DNA from: the human T2T-CHM13v2.0 reference genome, Homo sapiens
DNA length: 64,000 nt
Reading direction: 5' to 3'
NCBI GenBank assembly: GCA_009914755.4
Contig: CP086569.2
Coordinates: forward strand, 11,936,001 to 12,000,000
Shown: positions 59,401-64,000 of the stretch, in pieces
Layout of the letters: every line of letters begins with the position of its first letter
Numbering within the stretch: the first letter of the stretch is position 1
Notes under the pieces: generated by a model
The model's database searches: none
What the model saw: the letters and a program-made list of their open reading frames with translations, nothing else
Told to the model about the DNA's origin: nothing
Made by a program: the position numbers and the translations under genes

Positions 59401-62263
59401 TGAATGGAAAGGAATGGAATGGAATGGAATGGAATGGAAAGCAATGGAATGGATTCGAATGGAATGGAACGAATTGGATTGTAATTGAATGGAGTCGAAA
59501 ACAGTAGAAAGAAAAGAAATTTAATCGAATGATATCGAATGGAATTGAATGGAATGTACGCGAATGGAATGGACTGGAATGGAATGGAATGGAATGACAT
59601 GTAATGGAATCGAAAGGAATGGAATCGAATGAAATGGAATTGAATGGAATAGAATGGAATAGAATGGAATGGAGTTTAATGGAAAGATATTAAAAGTAAT
59701 GGAATGGAATTGAGTGGACACAAATGGAATGGACTGGAATGGAAAGGACTCGAATGAAATGGACCGCATTAGAATGGACTCGAATGGAACGGATTGGTGT
59801 GGAATGGTCTCGAATGGATTGGAAACGAATGGAATGGAAAAGAATAGAATGGAATGTAATCAAATGGAACGAAATGGAATGGAATGGATTCGACTGGAAC
59901 AGAATTGAATGGAGTGGAATTGAATGGAATGGAATGCAATCGAATGGAATGGACACGAATCGAATAGAATGAAATGAAATGGCATAGAATGGAATGGAAT
60001 GGAATGGAAAGGAATGGAATGGAATGGAATGGAATGGAATGGAATGGCATGGAATGGAATGGAATGGCATGGAATGAAATGGATTGGAATGGGATGGGCC
60101 CAAAAGTAATGGACTCAAATAAAAGGGACTCAAATAGAATGAATTGTAAAGAAACGGTCTCGAATGTAATTTATTCGAATAGAATGATATTGAATGGAAT
60201 GCAATAGTATGGAATTGTATCGAATAGAATGGAATGGAATGGAACTTAAAGGAGTGCATTTGAACGGACTCAAATGCAATAAATTGCAATATAATTGATT
60301 CAAATGGAATGGAATCGAATAGAATGTAAACAAATAGAATGGAAGGCAATGCAATAGAAAGGAATCGAATGAAATGGAATAAATGGGATGGAATCGAATG
60401 GAAAGGACGCGAATATAATGGACTGTTAAGGAAAGGTCTCGAATCGAATATATTCCAAAAGAATGGAATCAAATGGAATGCAATAGTATTGAATCAAATC
60501 GAATGGAATGCAATTGAATGGAATGGACAGGAATGGAATGAACTGGAAGTGAATGGACAAGAACATAATATATTGCAATGTAATTTATTCAAATGGAATG
60601 GAATGCAGTAGAATGGAATGGACGCGATTGCAATGGACTGGAGTGGAATGGACTGAAATGGAATTTAAACGAATATAATGGAATGGAACGGAAAGCAAAG
60701 GAATCTACCGGAATGGAATCGAACGGAACAGAAAGGAATGGAATGGAATGGAGTGGAATGGACTCGAATGGAATGTTTTCGAATGTAATGGACCGGAAAG
60801 GAATGGAATCCAATGGAATGGAATTGAATGGAATCAAAAGGAATAGAAAGGAATAGAGTGTAATTGAATGATATCGAATGGAAGGGAATGGAATGAAGTC
60901 GAATTGAATGCACTGGAATGGAATGGACTCAATCAGAACGGACTGGAGAGGAATGTACACAAATGGAATGGAAACGAATGGAATGGAATGCAATGGAATT
61001 GAAAGGAACGGTATCAAATGGAATGGAATGGAATGGAATGGAATGGAATGGATTGGAATAGAATGCATTCAAATAAAATAGAATCGATTGCAATGGTATT
61101 GAATGGAAGGGACTTGAATGGAATGGAAAGCAATGGAAGATATTGGAATCGAATGGCATCGAATGAAATGGAATGGAACGGAATGGAACGGACCCGAATG
61201 GAATGGAATGGACTCAAATGTAATGGACTCGAATGGAATCGAATGAAATATAATAGACTCGAAAGGAATGGCCTCGAGCGGAATTTATTTGAATAGAACG
61301 GAATCAAATGGAATACAATAGTATGGAATGGAATCGAATGGAATGGAATCGAATGGAATGTAATCAAATGGAATGGAAAGGAATTCAATATAATGGAGTA
61401 GAATGGAATGTATTGGAAAGGAGCAGAGTGGAATCGAGTGGATTGGAATCGAGTGGAATGGAATCAAAGGGAACGAAATCAAATTGAATGGACTTGAATG
61501 GAATTGACTCGAAAGGAATTGACTGGAAAGGAATGGACTGGAACAAAAAGGAATCAAATGGACAGGAATGGAATGGAATGGACTCGAATGGAATGGAGTC
61601 AAATGCAAACGCATCGAATGGAATGGATTCAAATGGAATGCAATTGAATGGAATAGAAAGGAAGAGAATGGAATTGAGAGTAATGGAAAGATATCGATTG
61701 GAATGAAATGGAATGGAAAGGAATTGAATGGAAAGGAATGGACTCGAAAGAAATGGATTGGAATGGAATGGTCTCCAATGGAATGGACTGGAGTGGAATG
61801 GAATCGAATGGAATGAAAAGAATGGAACGGAATGGAACGGAAAGGAATAGAATGTTATGGAATCCGATTGGACAGAATGGAATGGAATGGAGTTTCATGA
61901 AATGGAGTCGAATAGAGTGGCATCAAAAGAAATGGAATGGAATGGAGTGGACTCAAAAGGAATGAACTCGAAAGAATGGAGTCGAACCTAATTGAATCAA
62001 ATGGATTGGAGTCGAACAGAATGGAATGGAATGGAATGAACTCGACTGGAGTAGAGAGGAATGAAAAAGAATAGAATGGAATGTAATCAAATGGATTGCA
62101 AGTGAATGGAATCAAAAATAATAGAAAGGAATGGAGTGTAAAGGGATGATATTGAATTAAATGGAATGGAATGGAATTTAATGGAATGGAGTCGAAGGAA
62201 TGGACAGGAATGTAGTGTACTCCAATGGAATGGAATGGATCAAAATGGATTTGAACAGATTGG
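56500..62263. repeat. Return of the 5.5-kb HOR in its type-B form. About 56.5 to 59.3 kb covers HOR positions about 2650 to the end. About 59.3 to 62.26 kb covers HOR positions 1 to about 2931.
   Basis: 56351..56764 corresponds to HOR 2562..3008, and 57055..57417 to 3299..3661. The segment 57611..58612 matches the copy-4 type-B ORFs at +37146 to +37151. 59714..59908 matches 22548..22742 at +37166. 60589..61068 matches 23403..23846 at +37222. 61488..61706 matches 24302..24520 at +37186. There is a deletion of about 400 bp relative to copy 4 near 58.8 to 59.3 kb: ORF 58801..59313 fuses the N-terminus of 21635..22162 to the C-terminal part of 21649..22089 across two paralogous SVPSDSI segments. 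Confidence 0.7.
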
Positions 62264-64000
62264 TATGAAGTCGAATGGAATGCACTGGAATGGAATGGAC
62301 TCAATCAGAACGGACTGGAGAGGAATGTAAACAATTGGAATGGAAACGAATGGAATGGAATGAAATGGAATGGAATGCAATGGAATTGAAAGGAACGGAA
62401 TCAAATGGAATCGAATGGAATGGAATGGAATGGAATGGATTGGAATAGAATGGATTCAAATAAAATAGAATCGATTGCAATGGTATACAATGGAAGGGAA
62501 ATGAATGGAATGGAAAGCAATGGAAGATATTGGAATCGAATGGCATCGAATGAAATGTAATGGAACGGAATGGAACGGACCCGAATGGAATGGAATGGAC
62601 TCAAATGTAATGGACTCGAATAGAATCGACTGAAATATAATAGACTCGAAAGGAATTGCCTCGAGCGGAATTTATTTGAATAGAACGGAATCAAATGGAA
62701 TACAATAGTATGGAATGGAATCGAATGGAATAGAATCGAATGGAATGTAATCAAATGGAATGGAACGGAATTCAATATAATGGAGTAGAATGGAATGCAT
62801 TGGAAAGGAGCAGAGTGGAATCGAGTGGAATGGAATCGAGTGGAATGGAATCAAAGGGAACGAAATCGAATTGAATGGACTTGAATGGAATTGAGTCGAA
62901 AGGAATTGACTCGAAAGGAATGGACTGGAACAGAAAGGAATCAAATGGACAGGAATGGAATGGAATGGACTCGAATGGAATGGAGTCAAATGCAAACGCA
63001 TCCAATGGAATGGATTCAAATGGAATGCAATTGAATGGAATAGAAAGGAAGAGAATGGAATTGAGAGTAATGGAAAGATATCGATTGGAATGAAATGGAA
63101 TGGAAAGGAATTGAATGGAAAGGAAAGGACTCGAAAGAAATTGGTTGGAATGGAATGGTCTCCAATGGAATGGACTGGAGTGGAATGGAATCGAATGGAA
63201 TGAAAAGAATGGAACGGAATGGAACGGAAAGGAATAGAATGTTATGGAATCCGATTGGACAGAATGGAATGGAATGCAGTTTCATGAAATGCAGCCGAAT
63301 AGAGTGGCATCAAAAGGAATGGAATGAAATGGAGTGGACTCAAAAGGAATGGACTCGAAAGAATGGAGTCGAACCAAATTGAATCAAATGGATTGGAGTC
63401 GAACAGAATGGAATGGAATGGAATGAACTCGACTGGATTAGAGAGGAATGAAAAGGAATAGAATGGAATGTAATCAAATGGATTGGAAGTGAATGGAATC
63501 AAAAATAATAGAAAGGAATGGAGTGTAAAGGGATGATATTGAATTAAATGGAATGGAATGGAATTTAATGGAATGGAGTCAAAGGAATGGACAGGAATGT
63601 AATGGACTCCAATGGAATGGAATGGATCAAAATGGATTTGAACAGATTGGAGTCGAACGGAATGGAATGCCATGAAATGGAATGGACTCGATCAGAACGG
63701 ACTGGAGAGGAATGTAAACAAATGGAATGGAAACGAATGGAATGGAATGAAATGGAATGGAATGCAATGGAATTGAAAGGAACGGAATCAAATGGAATGG
63801 AATGGAATGGAATGGATTGGAATAGAATGGATTCAAATAAAATAGAATCGATTGCAATGGTATTGAATGGAAGGGACTTGAATGGAATGGAAAGCAATGG
63901 AAGAGATTGGAATCGAATGGCATCGAATGAAATGGAATGGAACGGAATGGAACGGACCCGAATAGAATGGAATGGACTCAAATGTAATGGACTCGAATGG
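62264..64000. repeat. 1.37-kb-type sub-HOR units at the end of the window.
   Basis: 62401..62775, 62672..63019, 63016..63285 and 63565..63981 parallel peptides of the 1.37-kb unit. The unit boundary at 62.27 kb uses a shifted junction register. The boundary at 63.65 to 63.69 kb is canonical: gaatggactcgatcagaacgg. Confidence 0.7.

Larger units (their letters stand above)
1..64000. repeat. Human/hominid Satellite III (HSat3) tandem array. The monomer on the + strand is GGAAT, most often seen as aatggaatgg, with CpG-bearing variants such as atcgaatgg and actcgaatgg.
   Basis: Pentamer periodicity is visible throughout. The + strand is strongly purine-biased: G and A dominate, and C is almost confined to variant positions. 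There are no unique-sequence islands, no poly-A tails, and no GC-rich Alu-like or L1-like blocks. There is no 171-bp periodicity, so this is not alpha satellite. GGAAT is mostly intact, so this is not the more degenerate HSat2. Confidence 0.95.

Noticed and set aside
1-64000. Alpha satellite, a centromere core, or a CENP-B box-containing array.
   Set aside because: There is no 171-bp periodicity, since the base unit is 5 bp. No CENP-B box consensus (TTCGnnnnAnnCGGG) is present. Occurrences of ggaaacgaatgg lack the CGGG half.
1-64000. HSat2 rather than HSat3.
   Set aside because: HSat2 is a more degenerate derivative, rich in ATTCGATTCC and ATGAT-type variants, with few intact GGAAT runs. Here intact aatggaatgg dominates and long pure (GGAAT)n tracts occur. 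This fits HSat3.
1-64000. Y-chromosome DYZ1 or chr15 D15Z1 identity.
   Set aside because: The periods seen here are about 5.53 kb and about 1.37 kb. The classic DYZ1 period is 3.56 kb and D15Z1 is 1.8 kb. The chromosome assignment stays open and cannot be resolved without a database search.
1-64000. Interspersed transposable elements (Alu, L1, SVA) interrupting the satellite.
   Set aside because: Scanning for poly-A runs, GC-rich blocks or any stretch that breaks pentamer periodicity found none. The longest A-run is about 7 nt, inside a satellite variant (ggaataaaaaataatagaaagg).
1-64000. Explicit HSF1 heat-shock elements (nGAAnnTTCnnGAAn).
   Set aside because: GAA recurs every 5 bp, but only in head-to-tail orientation on one strand. 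I could not find canonical inverted nGAAnnTTCn arrays. HSF1 binding to HSat3 is established in the literature, but I cannot point to a specific site from this sequence.

Overview
The whole 64-kb window is a tandem satellite built from the pentamer GGAAT on the + strand (ATTCC on the - strand). This is the signature of human or hominid Satellite III (HSat3, also called classical satellite III), which lies in pericentromeric heterochromatin. I find no credible protein-coding gene, rRNA, tRNA, CRISPR array, transposon insertion or operon-like structure. The six-frame ORF track is an artefact. Pure (GGAAT)n has no stop codon in any of the six frames. Its 5-bp period therefore gives 15-bp (5-aa) periodic pseudo-peptides, seen as IPFHS and SIPFH on the - strand and MEWNG and NGMEW on the + strand.

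The real content is a multilevel higher-order repeat (HOR) architecture.

- 1 to ~22.1 kb: four tandem, near-identical copies of a ~5.53-kb HOR. Their lengths are 5525, 5535, 5535 and 5525 bp. Copies 1 to 3 differ mainly at short pure (GGAAT)n tracts, where the unit count slips between 5 and 8. The 3' third of copy 4 is a more diverged variant, type B.
- ~22.1 to 25.1 kb: a partial fifth copy.
- ~25.1 to 56.5 kb: about 23 tandem copies of a ~1.37-kb sub-repeat. It is a deletion derivative of the 5.5-kb HOR, corresponding to HOR positions ~1602 to 2972. The junction sits in a short microhomology, ggaatggactc(a/g)a. Inside this array there are further super-periods: a 4118-bp (3-unit) repeat present twice at ~29.9 to 38.1 kb, and a 5512-bp (4-unit) repeat present twice at ~38.9 to 49.9 kb. 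The 5512-bp repeat is tagged by a 30-bp tandem duplication.
- ~56.5 to 62.3 kb: the array returns to the 5.5-kb HOR in its type-B form. This segment parallels 19.2 to 25.1 kb at an offset of about 37.15 to 37.22 kb.
- 62.3 to 64.0 kb: 1.37-kb-type units again. The unit at 62.27 kb uses a junction register shifted by about 42 bp from the canonical one.

I do not see a previously undescribed biological system here. The items worth a second look are the recombination and slippage footprints within the satellite. I cannot assign a chromosome from sequence alone. Candidates are the HSat3 blocks on chromosomes 1, 9, 15, the Y chromosome and the acrocentric short arms.
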